64,000 nucleotides of DNA from Eledone cirrhosa (lineage: Eukaryota): the NCBI GenBank assembly GCA_964016885.1, contig OZ024741.1:293756001-293820000 (forward strand), given 5' to 3'. The position numbers and the translations under genes were made by a program. Positions 41,027 to 55,071 of this stretch are shown piece by piece. Below the pieces are notes generated by a model, which ran no database searches, was not told where the DNA came from, and saw only the letters and a list, made by a program, of their open reading frames with translations. Every line of letters starts with the position of its first letter. The first letter of the stretch is position 1.

Positions 41027-43149
41027 CACACATACACATGCTCCTACACACCTAACCAAACACAATACAGACAACAAATTAGCTGACTGGAAGACTGTAT
41101 GACTGCAGCACTAAAATCAGGGATGAAAGCCAAATAAATGGATGCATTTATTGGAAGTAATTGAGAAATTAGAATTACATTTGAAAATTAATAAATCCAC
41201 TTCTGCTCTTGATTTTTACAATTAAACAATGCATTTTGCTTTTTCCTTGCTGTTGCTGTTGTTGTTTTTTTTTGTTTTTTTAACAGAGAATCATATTTTT
41301 TTTTATTCCTGTCGGTCTTTGGAAAAAAAAAAGGAAATCTTTTTAATTGATTTAAATTCATTTAAAAATGTTGATTCTTTGTCCTGCAGCACCAAATTAA
41401 TTTTGGAAGGTAGACAGTCAGTAGATGGTTGGGTGTTTGTTTAATGGTGGTAGTGGTGTCAGTAGGGTGGTCAGTGTTGGTGGTGGTGAGGTTGGTGAGA
41501 AGGGGTCACTGGTGGTGGTGGTGAGGTCAATGGAGGGATGGATGGTTGTAGTTGATTGGTGGTGGTGGTAATGATGGGGAGGTTATTGAGGGTTGGTAGT
41601 AGTAGGGAGGTTGGTAGCAGTCAACAATGGTGGTGCAGAGCTAACTGAATTTCCACAGTAACTACTTTTTTCCTTTTTTTAATATTTTATTCTTTTATTG
41701 TTGTACTGGTTTAAATCATTGTACTGTGACAAAACTGGGGCACCACTTTCAATTGACAACCATATTCTGAAATGTGACTGTGATCCTTAATGATTATTTT
41801 TTTTGTTTTTTGTTTTTTTGTTGCTGCTGCTGCTGTTGCTGTTTAAAACCAAGTCAATCCACATCAAGTACATCTATAGTTTTGATAATACTGCCATCCA
41901 ACATTGTTTTATATTTTTAGCTATAGCATATCACAAACTACATTATCTTATGTATTGGTTTTTAGGACAGTAGGATATAGTTTGTAGGAGATTTGGCTAC
42001 TATTTCTAATGGGTCAAACAACTACATAAAGTTTCTTCATTGGCATTGATAGTGTTACAACTATCTAAGGCTACATATTCCAATATGCTCTTTGTTTTTT
42101 TCAACATAAGAGTGGTATTTGGCTGCTATTTTTAATGGATTGAGCAACTATGTTGAGCTTTGTTTGTTGTTTACATTGAGGGCATAGGAGTTACAATTTG
42201 AGGGACATTTATTTACTATTTCTAGCATCTCTAACAACCATGTATAGGCTCACCCTATAGCTCAGTGTTTATAGATGTTTTGTCATGGTATTAAAACTTT
42301 CACAGAATTAAACTTTAATGAAAAAGGATAAAGATAAGTTAAGCCATAGAAATCTTTCTAAAATCAGTAATGATCTTAAAATATTATTTATTTAAATCTC
42401 TCACATACTGGTTTATTAACTTGTTTATTTATATTTTCAATTTATTTTTTCTTTTGTGGCAGATATTTGATGATGTTGCTTTTGTTATAACAGATGCTTG
42501 TGTAGATTTAGTTTGCCTCCCATGAGGTAACATCTCATAGAAGATTTGGGGGTGTTTTAATGATAAAGGCCCCAGTCCTACCAAGTTTCCACTTTTTTCT
42601 TTTTGCAACAAGAGGTGGGATTTGATTTCTGAAGAGATACTTTAAAGCATCCAGACAGTCTCTCTGGTTAACAGAAATAAAATTCTAGGAAAACAAGCGC
42701 TACTTTTAGTAAGAACAAAAGTTTAAACCAGAATTTAAGTTATTTCAGTGTATTTTTTTTCTTATATAGATCTAATTTCACTGAAGTTGAATTCACCATT
42801 AAGAACATATGTTCCATGCCCTGATATCATTCACCGTGTGAGCATCTGTGTTTCTCATATATAGGCAAGCAAAGGAATTCTCATGGAAGAAATATTCACA
42901 TAAGGAAATAGGATGATTAATTCCTTATGCCACAAGAAGTGATCACATTTATTTAATTAAGCCTTACTTGGCTCTATATACTAGTTCTTGGCTGTATATA
43001 CTAGTTTATATGAAATAAATGTCAGTTTCTGTTTTGTTTTTTTACAAGCAGAGTGTATATTTTATTTTACAAAGCTGTCTATACAAAAACAAAACTCACT
43101 TTTAAAGGGAACCAAAAAAAGGAAATGTAAAGAAGAAAGGGTTAGGGTT

Positions 43150-43410
43150 AGAGACAGACACTACACCCCAGTCTGAGCGGTACCTCAGCCTCACCTTGCG
43201 GACAAAATGGCAAAGGCATTACTGTGGAGAATTGCCAGAGACATATACTGCAATATCCACCCCACCACATGGGGCTCCCTTCTCAAGTGGACTGCCATCT
43301 TTCCAATTTTACGGAGGAAATCAGCAATGTGGGAAACAACAAAACCAGAGGTCTCAACAGAAACAAGTACATTCAGGGAGTCTCTATATAGCCACTCAAC
43401 TTTGAGGGAC
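43150..43410 (-). mobile_element. CRE-like RLE LINE 3' end remnant
   Basis: VSVETSG..FLRKIG..SLAILHSNAFAIL resembles the CRE C-terminus. Confidence 0.5.
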
Positions 43411-43994
43411 CATTTATATGGTCACTCAAAGATCTTTTCTTCTTTTTACAAACAGTTCTATATGAGCAAGACAGGGTCATCTGATTTGGCTTATCTCACA
43501 GCATGAAAACTCGTCTAACCCATGCTAGTGTGGAAAAATGGATGGTAAATAGTGATGATGATGAATTTAGCCAAGTGGGAAGGAGAAATGTATCCTCAAA
43601 TTGGAGTTCAAAAACACTGATTAACTTTAATTGTTAATTTTGTTTTCTATTCCAAAATTCCCAAACAGAATACTGTTTCAACTAAATTTAAATCAATCAG
43701 CCAATCAATAAATCAATATATATTTACCTTGTGTGAAAATAGATAGAACAGATTGACTTTCACTTGTCTAATTAATAAATGCATTAATCAAAGGATGATC
43801 AAAAATTTATTGAGTTCGGTAGCTCTATATCCATGCCGAATTGGCAAATTCATTAGAGTGTAGAACAAAATGCACTACAGAATTTGTTCCAACTCTCTAT
43901 ATTCTGAATTCAAATCCTACTATGGTTAACTTTGCCTTTTATCTTTTAAGGGTTGATAAACAAATATGAATCCATATGTCTGTACATATATCAT

Positions 43995-44570
43995 GTTGGT
44001 ATGGACATGTGATGCATATGAGGGATGACTGCTGCCCAAAAAGGTGCAGAGCACTAAAAGTCAATGGAAGCCTTGGAGTCGGGTGACCCAAGAAGACCTG
44101 GGATGAGGTGATAAAAGCTGATCTTGCCCAATTGCACCACTCAAAGATGAAGACAAAGGAACGAGACCTCTGGCATTATGCAGTAATACAGAAGACTTCC
44201 AATGGGTACAAGCCGAAGCTGAAGCATATAGACAGTATGCCTCAGCCCCCTCCCATTGTAAAGTGGTCGTGTAGGTGTCACAACAAAAAAGCACCCAGTC
44301 TACACTATAAAATGGTTTTGTAGGCACCATGGAAAAAGCACCCAGTCCACACTGTAAACTGGTCATGTAGGCGCCATGGTAAAAAGCACCCAGTACTCAC
44401 TGTAAATGAGGTTGGTGTTAGGAAGGGCATCCTGTTGTACAAACCAAGCCAAAATCAGTTATGTATGAGCAAGACATGGTCACCTGACTTGGCATTGCCC
44501 ACAACAGGACAACCCATCAAAACCATGCTAGTGTGGAAGAATGGACATAAAACGGTGATGATGATGATGA
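43995..44570 (+). mobile_element. RTE-A 3' fragment
   Basis: [18 protein letters not shown]; four GCACCCAG units; GAT tail. Confidence 0.9.
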
Positions 44571-44614
<44 letters not shown>

Positions 44615-44667
44615 ATTTAAAACTTCACTATTCACAAGTGTTTTTTAAGCTTCATATCATGTATCCC

Positions 44668-44738
44668 TATTTTATCTGATGAGAACGCAGACATCATCCC
44701 ATGATAATATTTGTTTTTGAAATGCGCATAATAAAATA
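44668..44738 (+). ncRNA. Type I hammerhead ribozyme, dimer-type stem III
   Basis: TATTTTAT/ATAAAATA stem I, CTGATGA, long stem II, GAAA, T-GCGC-A, AUA triplet; predicted cut after 44730. Confidence 0.85.
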
Positions 44739-44768
44739 CTTGGAACTCTTTTAACCATCTTTTGATCT

Positions 44769-44887
<119 letters not shown>

Positions 44888-44889
44888 CA

Positions 44890-44923
<34 letters not shown>

Positions 44924-45029
44924 CATACATATATTATCACCATGTAACATCTATTTTTCCATGCTCTCATGGGTTAGATGGACCACCCACGTTGAGACAA
45001 ATCTGGTCATTTGGCTGCACCAAGCCTTA

Positions 45030-45290
45030 CTCATAAAACAGCCGTATTACTGGGTATTATCAACAAATCATTTTTTCCAGCCTGTGACATTCAAGATGTT
45101 TGGGGGACCTGGTTTGTTGGTAACAACATTCTTACCATTGGCAGCTAGCTTTACCGAGGAATCAGGTGATGCCCATGAGGTTGCTTGGTTGTTCCAGCAA
45201 CTTAGACACACTATCATCTGCAATACTGCTGCAACTGCATTGGCTTGCCTCAACATGTATTAGAAGGAGGCTCCAGCACCACTTGTTGTG
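45030..45290 (+). mobile_element. CRE-like RLE LINE 3' end remnant
   Basis: FFQPVTFKMFGG..FL..SGDAHEVAWLFQQL..NTAATAL. Confidence 0.5.
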
Positions 45291-45612
45291 TGTGACAGAT
45301 TGACACAATCAGAGTTGATTTAATATTTTATTTTGTTTTGATTCTATCTATATCTTTATGTGAAATAGTTATGTAATGAATTATACAACAACAATTATAT
45401 ATATATATATATATATATCAATGTATATATATATATATCAAAATATATATATATCAATGTATATATATATCAAAATATATATATATATATATATATATCA
45501 ATATATATATATATATGTATATATATATATTTTGATATATATATACATTGATATATATATATATATTTTGATATATATATATATATATATATATATCAAT
45601 ATATATATATCA

Positions 45613-45652
<40 letters not shown>

Positions 45653-46447
45653 ATCAATATATATATGTGTATCAATGTTTATATGCATACAAGCATACAG
45701 ACATACATACATTGATACTTACTCTCTCTCACACACAGGAATGAATTAAAAGTTTCAAAAGTACTTAGGGCAAAGAAATACAAAACATATAATAAACAAA
45801 TATATAGATTAAGTGATATCGCAATAATCTTTAGTCAAGTATCTAACCATGCAGTATATATTGTGTGTACAGATATATTTTAGTTTATTTCTCATCAATG
45901 TAAAGATATCTCATATTTTCAATGACAATAACCATAATATCCATGATATAATGATCATGGTCGTAATCATAGTGAAATATCTAGTTTTTTTTCTCTTCCT
46001 TTGTCTCTCTTTCTATTTTAATATTTGGTGAAAGCAATAACTACTAACACCAACATTACCACTACACACATCAACCTAGTATATATATATATATTTATAT
46101 ATATAAATATATATACATATATACATATATATCTATTTGTGTGTATGTATATATATATATATTTGTGTGTGTGTGTATGTATATATATATATATTTGTGT
46201 GTGTGTATATATATATATTTGTGTGTATGTATATATATATATTTGTGTTTGTGTATATATGAGTATCATCATTTTATGTCCTTTTTTTTCATGTAATGTG
46301 GTGTGGGGAATGAGTGGATGGGGAGGTGTATATTGGTTCTGAGGACATGAACCAAAGATGTATTGTGCAGAACTACACCAATATATATATATACACACCT
46401 GAATCAAATAAACAAATACATACATACACGCACATACACACACACAT

Positions 46448-46501
<54 letters not shown>

Positions 46502-46846
46502 AGACAGATACATTTGTTTGTAGTCTCTGTGTATATGTGCAATTCTTTTCTGTTTGTGTTTGCACATATGTCCATGATGCATACAACCTTAAATATATAC
46601 AGATATATATATATGCACACAACAAACAATATGCCTCTATATATCTATCATGTAATGTGTATGTATGATTGTGTGCTTCTATGTCTGTGTGTCAATAGGT
46701 ATGTGTGTAAATATGTGTGTGGGTGTGTGTCTAAAAGCTTAAAATAGTGAAAATTAATCTATGGTGATTTTCGTCAATGAGAATCTCAAGAGTTTCTTGT
46801 AAGTTTATTAACTTGATACATGGAGAAGATATTCTAAATGATGATG

Positions 46847-46884
<38 letters not shown>

Positions 46885-46962
46885 TATTGACCCTCAAGTA
46901 GAAACTCCTTCAAATAAGGAAGGTAGTCAAAAGTGAAAAGTGAAAAATCTCTCTCCTTTCGA

Positions 46963-46976
46963 CACACACACACACA

Positions 46977-47053
<77 letters not shown>
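46963..47053. repeat. (CA)n(CT)n microsatellite
   Basis: Direct. Confidence 0.95.
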
Positions 47054-47057
<4 letters not shown>

Positions 47058-47844
47058 CTCAATAAGCCAGTAAAGTAGATATGATTCAAAGATTTAAACC
47101 AAATAATAATAATAACAACAACAAGAAGAATCGTTACATGTGCAAACAACAAAACAAAGCAGAAACAAATGCAATGATACAAAATGATATTCACAACAAA
47201 AAAAAATATATATTAAAAGATAATAATAATTTATTTAAAATTATTTCCAGAATATCATACCAATTTTTGTTTTGATTATTTTTAGTTTTTCTTCTAACAT
47301 GTAATATAAAATTGGTTGAGATTAATAAATCTTCCATTCTATCTATTAAAACCATCATCTTTACTAACAATTCTGTTTATCTAAACATTATATGGACGTC
47401 TCTATCTGTTTTATTTAACTCCTACCGACTATCTACTATGTCTCTCTATCCAAACATCCATTTTATTTCACAGACATAATGCATGGACACATACACATGG
47501 GTCATTCATTTTTGGTTTTGAGCTTCGTTTTACATATGAAAAAAGATTAATAACCTTGAATATCATGTTGAAATATACTGAGTAAAATATTACTTTGTTT
47601 TGTTTTATTTGTCATCCTATGCCCTTTATATATTTCTATCACCAGATTTCTGAAACTTATCAGTCATTTATCACATATATTTTTTGTTGAATCACCAGCC
47701 TGAGTAGATCAATAATGGAGCCATGTCCCTAATTTCTATGGGTGACCCTGAGCTAATCCTCTGTGAAATATACCTAACAGTTCAGTACACAATGAAAAAT
47801 CTAATTAGATGTAAACGAAATTCATCATTTTTCTTAATATATTT

Positions 47845-48687
47845 GAGGTGGTATCAAAAGCATCCTGAACTAGTTATGTTTAAAACAAAACTAATATATG
47901 TACCTATGTTTTAACATCATCTTGCACAACAATACGCCGGTCCCAGTGTTCCTGTCACTTTGGGAATCCAGCCTGGAAGTTGTTTTTCGTAAGCAAATCA
48001 AAGACCTTCTGCGATTCACTCTGGACCTTGGCAATGGTGACCTTTGAACTGCATTTTCAGCTTGGAGAAGAGATGGAATTCTGCAGGTACTAAATAGGAT
48101 CAGTGTGAAATAGGAGAGATTGGTGACAAGGTGCATTGTTGTTGTGAAGAATCCAATTCTTCACACTCCACATATCCAGTCACTTTTGCCATACATGCTC
48201 CCTCATATGCCTCAGCAATATTGTTGATTTTCCCCCGACGATCCTCATATACAAGCCGATTAGTTTTCTCCACATTTCCAGGGCTGACAATTGTGGCAGG
48301 GCTTCCAGATCGCTCCTAAACTTCTATGGATGTTCTTCCACTTTTGAAGCACCTGTGCCCCACTCGAAACATTGCATACAACCCATTGCCTTGTCACCAT
48401 AAGCTTGCTGAAGCATGTTCAATATTTCTGTAGCAGACTTCCTAAGCTGAATGCAAAGTTTCATGTTGGCTCTGTGTTCCAACATCCTGTTCATGACAAA
48501 ATCGCAGGGTACAGCATACATGTGATCACAAAAACACAAATTTCACAACTTGTGAATTGAGCACAGCAATGTCACTTGACATACTGGCACGTGAAGGTCA
48601 CTGCTAGCTCTCACTGCACAAGCAACCATGGGTTGCCTTCTGTTGGCACACTACAGAACTAATCTAGAAACATTTTGATATCACCTT
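47845..48687 (-). mobile_element. Internally deleted mariner DNA transposon
   Basis: TIRs GAGGTGGTATCAAAAG../..TTTTGATATCACCT; N-terminal HTH MLEHRANMKLC..KSATEILNMLQQAYGD..CFEW, ERSGSP. Confidence 0.82.
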
Positions 48688-49308
48688 GTTTATATGTATG
48701 ATGGGCCTCTACGGCCTCTATCTACCAAATTATTTTCAACGCAAAGTTATAGAAGTCATCTACGATGCTGCACAGCAGAACTGGAACCAGAAACATGTGA
48801 TGGTGTATATATTTCATTACACTACTAAAAGAATGATTTACCACAGACATCATATAGTGATATCATACTATACCACTATTTTATATATCATTAACTGTTT
48901 CATTTAAATAAGTATCTTTCCATTAGTTTTCATGATTATGACTTAGCCATTGTACTTTCTGGCCTTTTATAGGTACTTGCACAGCCAAATCCATATTTAA
49001 TGGGAGGCAAATAGGGCAAGTACACAGGCCTTCTTTATATGTGTATCTGTGTGTGTATATGTGTGTATGTGTGTATGTGTGCATCATTCAAGTTCAAGGT
49101 GAACATCAACATTAATTTCATCAGTGCTCATGGGACCAGTGAATGTCATGAGCGTTGCTCTTTTCCTTTTGACTAAGCTTTAAAAAATTGTACTAAAAAA
49201 AGAAAATACAAACTAACATGCATTAATGGAAGCTGCCAAGCATTCTAATTAAATATATGCAGAAATGTTAAAATAATAATATTATATTAACAGGCAAAAG
49301 GGTATATA

Positions 49309-49400
<92 letters not shown>

Positions 49401-49405
<5 letters not shown>

Positions 49406-49544
49406 TTATATTACATTTTTATATTTTATATATATATTTCTATGTATTATATATATATATATATATTTTATGTTTTATTGAAATACATTTTATGCATTAT
49501 AAATACTTTTTTTATGAATTATATATATATAAATTATTTTATGC

Positions 49545-49594
<50 letters not shown>

Positions 49595-49743
49595 GCATAA
49601 AATAATTTATATATATATAATTCATAAAAAAAGTATTTATAATGCATAAAATGTATTTCAATAAAACATAAAATATATATATATATATATATATATAAAA
49701 GAGTAATATAATACATAAAATATAAAAATGTAATATAATATTT
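49401..49743. repeat. AT-rich palindrome centred on (TA)n
   Basis: 49466-49549 is the reverse complement of 49591-49674; imperfect outer arms. Confidence 0.9.
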
Positions 49744-49768
49744 ATATATATATATAAATATAATTTAT

Positions 49769-49814
<46 letters not shown>

Positions 49815-50964
49815 TCGTTAAGCATGTAAAATCAGTAAATCTGTTGCAGAGTTAGAGACAATATAAATGGTTGAATAAAATGTTTTGACAATTTAAGCTC
49901 ACATAGTGTGTCTCATTGGCTCAAAAGACTTTGATGTTATTTATAACATTTGTGTTGTTTGAAGCGGAATTGCAGTGTGGAAGTGTGATAGTGGTACTGA
50001 TGGAGGATAGGATAGAAAGGGAGAGAGGTAATGGTGAAGAGAAATATAGTGTGAGATAGAGAAGAGATAAAAATCAATGGATTTCAATAAATGAAGTAAA
50101 ATAATTTTTTGCAAACTTTTTATTTTCTTTCTACCACTTTCACTTTTCCTCCTCATTCTCCTCTTTTCTCACTCTATATATTGCTCTTTTCATTCACTCT
50201 CTCTCATTCATTTCTCCCTCTTTTATGCCTCAATCCAGCACTCACTCTCTCTATCTCTCTTATGGAAATATATTTTTATGACAAAGTGAAAATTATGGAG
50301 GCAAAATGTAGAAAAGATGAATATTTAGTTTAGTGCGCTCTGCTTTTTCTTTGATTGTTGCTGTTGTTGTTGCTATAGCTGTTGTTGTTGTTGTTGCTTT
50401 TGTTGTTGCCTGTTAGATTTCTTGTTGATGTAAAAATTGTGCACAGAATCAATGTTTAAATCACTTCTTCTGCCTTTGACTCAATTTTAATGTAAGGTTT
50501 ATAAATTAGATTGTAGAAAACAAAGGAAGTCATAGCTAAAGCCGTTTGTGTAATGTTAGTGGAGGCCTGTCTGGAATTTCTTCTACTCTCACTCTTTTCT
50601 TTCTTACTCTCACCCTAATATTTTACTCTCTCCTATATACTGACGCTTTCCTCCTTCACTCTCCCTCATGCTTCTCTTTCACCTCTCACTCATGTACTTA
50701 CTCATGCAGACATTTTCTCTTCCTCTCCTTTTTTTTTCTTTTTTTTCAACATTTTAGGTGTGTATACATATATGTACTTATATTTGCATCTATAGCATAC
50801 ACATATACAACATGTGTGTTATGCATATTGATGTATGTGAATGCAGGTGTTTAAATACAAGGTGAGCCAAAATTACCTTACTCATTACCAATAAACATAA
50901 TAAAGGTGTACCTGCAAATGGGCAGAATTTCAAATATTTAATATAACTACATAGACTTACATGA

Positions 50965-51248
50965 ACTAAGTCTAAAGTCTGCCTTGAGTCTGGAGGCTCA
51001 TCAAGCTGGTGCTTATTCCAATTCTCATGGCATTAAGCGAGTGAGAGTACAAAATTTCCCTCTGGACAGAATGCCATCATGAGGCTAAACTCCCAGCTAC
51101 TGCTGGTACTCATTTTCAGCTGAATATACTGGAGCAACAAAAAAAATGAAGTGTTTTGCTCAAAATCACAACATGCAACCTAGTCCTAGAATCAAACCCA
51201 TGATGTAATAATTGTAATTTCAACGCACTTACCACTAGGCCATGTACT
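50965..51248 (-). mobile_element. SINE family 3
   Basis: Matches 24275-24562. Confidence 0.8.
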
Positions 51249-51299
51249 TAGCTATATATTCATTTTGGAATAATATCATGATTTTCTTTTTTAATCACA

Positions 51300-52120
51300 T
51301 TTCTTAATTGGAGATCATTGGAGGTGTGAAGGGTTTCTTTGTGACACTATTTTCTTTGAAGAAGAATGAGCTTTTTTCAGAAATGGCAGTTAAGATGATA
51401 CGTTGAGCTTAGTGGAGAGGTGACGGCTTGCTATGTCTTGCTGGAAGAAGAACTTATTCATTAGAGATGGGTACATGGTTTCACAACCACTTCAGTAGGT
51501 TTCTATGACACCCAGAACCCATTGTTCTTAGGGTTTATCTTTCCCTCTAAGTGAAAGTGGGCTTCCACAGTAGATTCAGAAATTTGGTGTTATACTCCAT
51601 CTTAGGCTGTATTCCATCTTCTCTGCATTTTCTCAGACATAGGTCTTCTTTTGGTCTTATCAGCTACAGTAAGCTTTTGTTTAGTCTGTATTTTGTAGGG
51701 GTATTTCTTAAGATTCTTTTTGACAATGTTGTGACAGATGATCTGTGGAGAGACCCAAGGATTGGCTTCTGCTGTACAGTGATTGTTTTGGGCTCTGTTC
51801 AACTGACTTTTGGACCATGTCAATAACTCCTTGTGTACATTTCCAGAGTCATCCAAAGGGGATAGATCGATCCTCAAACATTGTATTGAAGTTCTCCACT
51901 GTCCCATAGGTCTCAAACATTTCTACCAAGTTTTGTATAAGATTTTTCGGTTCCGAAAAATGTATGAAATTACTCCTGGACCCGCTTAAATTCAATGGGT
52001 GCTTTATCACTAACATGTGAATTCTAACTTCTTATGCAGTTTGACATTTATAGAAAGAGAAAAATCCTGTCATTAACACATTCAACATCAGCTAAAAATA
52101 TTAATGTATACAAATACCCT
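51300..52120 (-). pseudogene. Tc1/mariner-superfamily transposase relic (maT/rosa-like)
   Basis: KKNLKKYPYKIQTKQKL, EAHFHLEGKINPKN; possible TIR TACAAGGTG at ~50856. Confidence 0.7.
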
Positions 52121-52306
52121 ACATGAGTATGTGTGCATTTACATATTTACATTTGCAGATTCAGTCTTATATATAGAGGAATACATATATCCATATTAGC
52201 CTATACACAAAACAAAGTATGCACACACACACACACGACTCTGTGTGTGTGTATATATATATATATATGCATATATGTGTGTGTGTATATATATATATAT
52301 ATATAG

Positions 52307-52413
52307 AAAAAAGTATGAGCCCGACGGCAAGCTCAAGCTGTTTCGACGGCTATTTCTAGACTCAGAAATAGCCATCGAAACGGCTTGAGCTCTGCCGTCG
52401 GGGTCATACTTTT
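52307..52413. repeat. Hairpin made of two inverted 3' halves of a hammerhead (PLE pseudo-LTR)
   Basis: ~50-bp arms; GAAA-CGGC..GCCG-TC-GGGGTC present but CTGANGA absent. Confidence 0.75.
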
Positions 52414-52496
52414 TCCTATTTCCCACTCTACTACCCTAAGCATTGAGTACTCTGGTGCATTATGGTCCATCTGGTTCCTTACCACAATTCCTTTGT

Positions 52497-52547
<51 letters not shown>

Positions 52548-52579
52548 GTGTGTATATGTGTATATATATGTGTGTGTGA

Positions 52580-53830
52580 TTATACCAAGATGATGGCCTT
52601 TTCACCTTGCACAAAGTAAACCCCAGAGCCACTGATGGGTTTTGGAGAAACTTAAGCTCATTCTTCCATAATCTAAGATTTAGAATAACCATAGAATCAA
52701 ATATGACTAAGGCCCACTTTTAGATGTCACTCTTGACTTAGATACTTCCCTCTATTACCCATACCACAAACCTAACGAGTCCCTCAGACAAATAAACGTT
52801 AGTTCGAACCACCCCAAAAACATCACAGATAACTTAGTTAAAAGTGTCTCACTCAGAATTTCCGGTTTCTCGGCCAATAAAGATATCTTTAGCACCTCTG
52901 CCCCTTACTACAACGGTGCCCTCGCCCACAGTGGCTTTAAAGAAAAGATTACTTATCTAGAAACCACCCCAAGACAACCTAGGAGAAATAGGCATAGGTA
53001 GATTAGTTGGTACAGCCCCCCCCCCCCTTCAATAGAGAGGTTTCTACACCTATAGTTAGGACTTTCTTCAAATTGCTGAATATACACTTCCTCACACAAC
53101 ATAGGTACTACACTATCTTCAATAAGAATACAATAAGACTCTCCTATTCCACTACACCTAACCTAGCTAGGAATCTAGCCAATCTCAACACTACAAAATT
53201 AAATAAGCCTACTACCTCCGAAACCCATCCTCGGATGGGAGCTTTGTGCAACTGCAAAAATCAGGAAACCTGCCCACTTGAAAACAAATGCCTGAAGAAT
53301 GACATCGTATATAAATGTGATGTCATCTCAGGTACTGGTGACAACAACAAAAAGACATATCGGAATGACTTCCAACAATTCTAAGACCCGGTGGTATGCC
53401 CATACCCACTCTTTCAGAAGACTGGACAAATACAATCAGACAACACTCACCTCCTATGTCTGGGACCTCAAGAGGAACTCCACCCCTTTCACGATCAAAT
53501 GGAAATTACTCCAGAAAGCGCACTCATACATGGGAGGACACAAGTGTTGTGACCTTTGTATTTCAGAGAGCTACAAAATACTATTTGCAAAGGGCCCAAC
53601 ACTGAACAAACTCTCTGAAAACTGCCCGAATTGCATGCACAAAAGCTTTACAGCTTTCAAAAATCTTAAGCCAGTGTTGAAAGCCAGATAGATAAAAATA
53701 AAAAATATAAAAACCCACTCGACAGAATATCCCCTCCACCTCCATCCCACCCTACCCCTACACCCATCTCAACCCGCCTCACGGTACTATGTAATTACTT
53801 CTTACCTATCTGCTTTTTCCACATATATAA
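52580..53830 (+). mobile_element. Penelope-like element, 5'-truncated: RT thumb, Cys linker and GIY-YIG endonuclease
   Basis: LDVTLDL..YHKPN..SNHP; IFNKNTIRLSYS; CNC-x5-CPLENKC; IVYKC..IGMT..RWYAH..VWDLK..CDLC; frameshifts. Confidence 0.9.
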
Positions 53831-54216
53831 CGTACTTGAATTGTGCCTCTATGTGTGTATATATGTGTGTGTATATATGTTGTATGTTTGTGTATATATG
53901 TGTGTATGTCTATGTATGTGTACACATTGTGTGTGTTTATGTGTGTATGTGTATGTATGTGTGTGTATGTATGTGTGTGTGTGCATCTATGTGCGACTGT
54001 AAAAAAATTAATAAAAATTATGAAAGAATATATAAATGTGAATATATATATATATGTATGTATATGTATGTGTGTATGTAGGTGGTTTGTATTTAAATAT
54101 ATATATGTGTATAAATGTATACATGTATGTGTGTATGTATGTGGTTTGTATGTAAATGTATATATATGTATGTATGTTTACATGTATGTGTGTATGTAGG
54201 TGGTTTGTATGTGAAC

Positions 54217-54298
<82 letters not shown>

Positions 54299-54299
54299 G

Positions 54300-54900
54300 T
54301 AGAATACTGGAAGGTAATATCCGTAGTGGTAGAGCACACAGTCCATGGGACGAGTTTGGTAGAAGTAGTAACACAACCGTTAGTTCACCATTCCGAGAAC
54401 AATTGTTTCACCTTATGCGGATCTTCAGCTCAGACTGGTAATGGTTATACGGAACAGGAGGAACAACCATATGAACTTGCGTGCGCAGGAATGGTCACTT
54501 CACCCAAGCGATACTAAATCATGGGCGAAAGATGTAAGGGAGATAACTGCAAATGTCCAAAATAAAATGTTCAAGTTGATTAGAAAATTAGAACGTTGTT
54601 GATATTCAATCAGGAGCATTGTAGTTATGCAAGAGGTGTTTCCAGACATGTGGACAATCGAGAAGATTTCATCTCTTGATTTAGGCAATCACTATTGTAT
54701 AATCTCCTTAGAATATTTATCCTTTCTTCAATACATAATGCACAAGACGGATTGCCCGTTGCGTATGGCTTGGACTTAGTGATAGCTTTCCATTGAATCT
54801 TTAAGGGACCATACGTGGTTTGCGAGCTTCGTGGATGATCGTTTGTCCAGGTACCTAAAGGTCGACTGATGGTTCAGGAAGCGTTCCTTAAATTGGCCGA
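54300..54900 (-). mobile_element. Second PLE fragment (GIY-YIG C-terminus plus 3' region)
   Basis: FKERFLNHQSTFRYLDKRSSTKLANHVWSLK..WKAITKSKPY..SCALCIEE..CPHVWKH. Confidence 0.85.
54387..54439 (-). ncRNA. Type I hammerhead ribozyme 3' of a PLE ORF
   Basis: Minus: ACCAGTCTGAG-CTGAAGA-T CC GCATAA GG T-GAAA-C AATT G-TT-CTCGGAATGGT. Confidence 0.85.
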
Positions 54901-55020
54901 TAATTTTTAAAGAATTCCCTTTTCTTTAAACCCATCAACCAATGACCTCCACCCATTCCAATCACCACCCTCTCCTACCACCAGAAAAGATATAAATACC
55001 ACCATATTGCTTGGACAGTC

Positions 55021-55071
55021 GGCTTCCTGATGATTCCTCCTGAATTAAACAGTTCTAGTCCTGTAGAAGCC
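55021..55071 (+). ncRNA. Hammerhead homolog of 31267 with GAAA mutated to TAAA
   Basis: GGCTTC/GAAGCC stem I, CTGATGA, identical CAGTTCTAGTCCTGTA stem III. Confidence 0.75.

Noticed and set aside
43137-43152. Interstitial telomere repeat (TTAGGG)
   Set aside because: About two units only; compatible with chance
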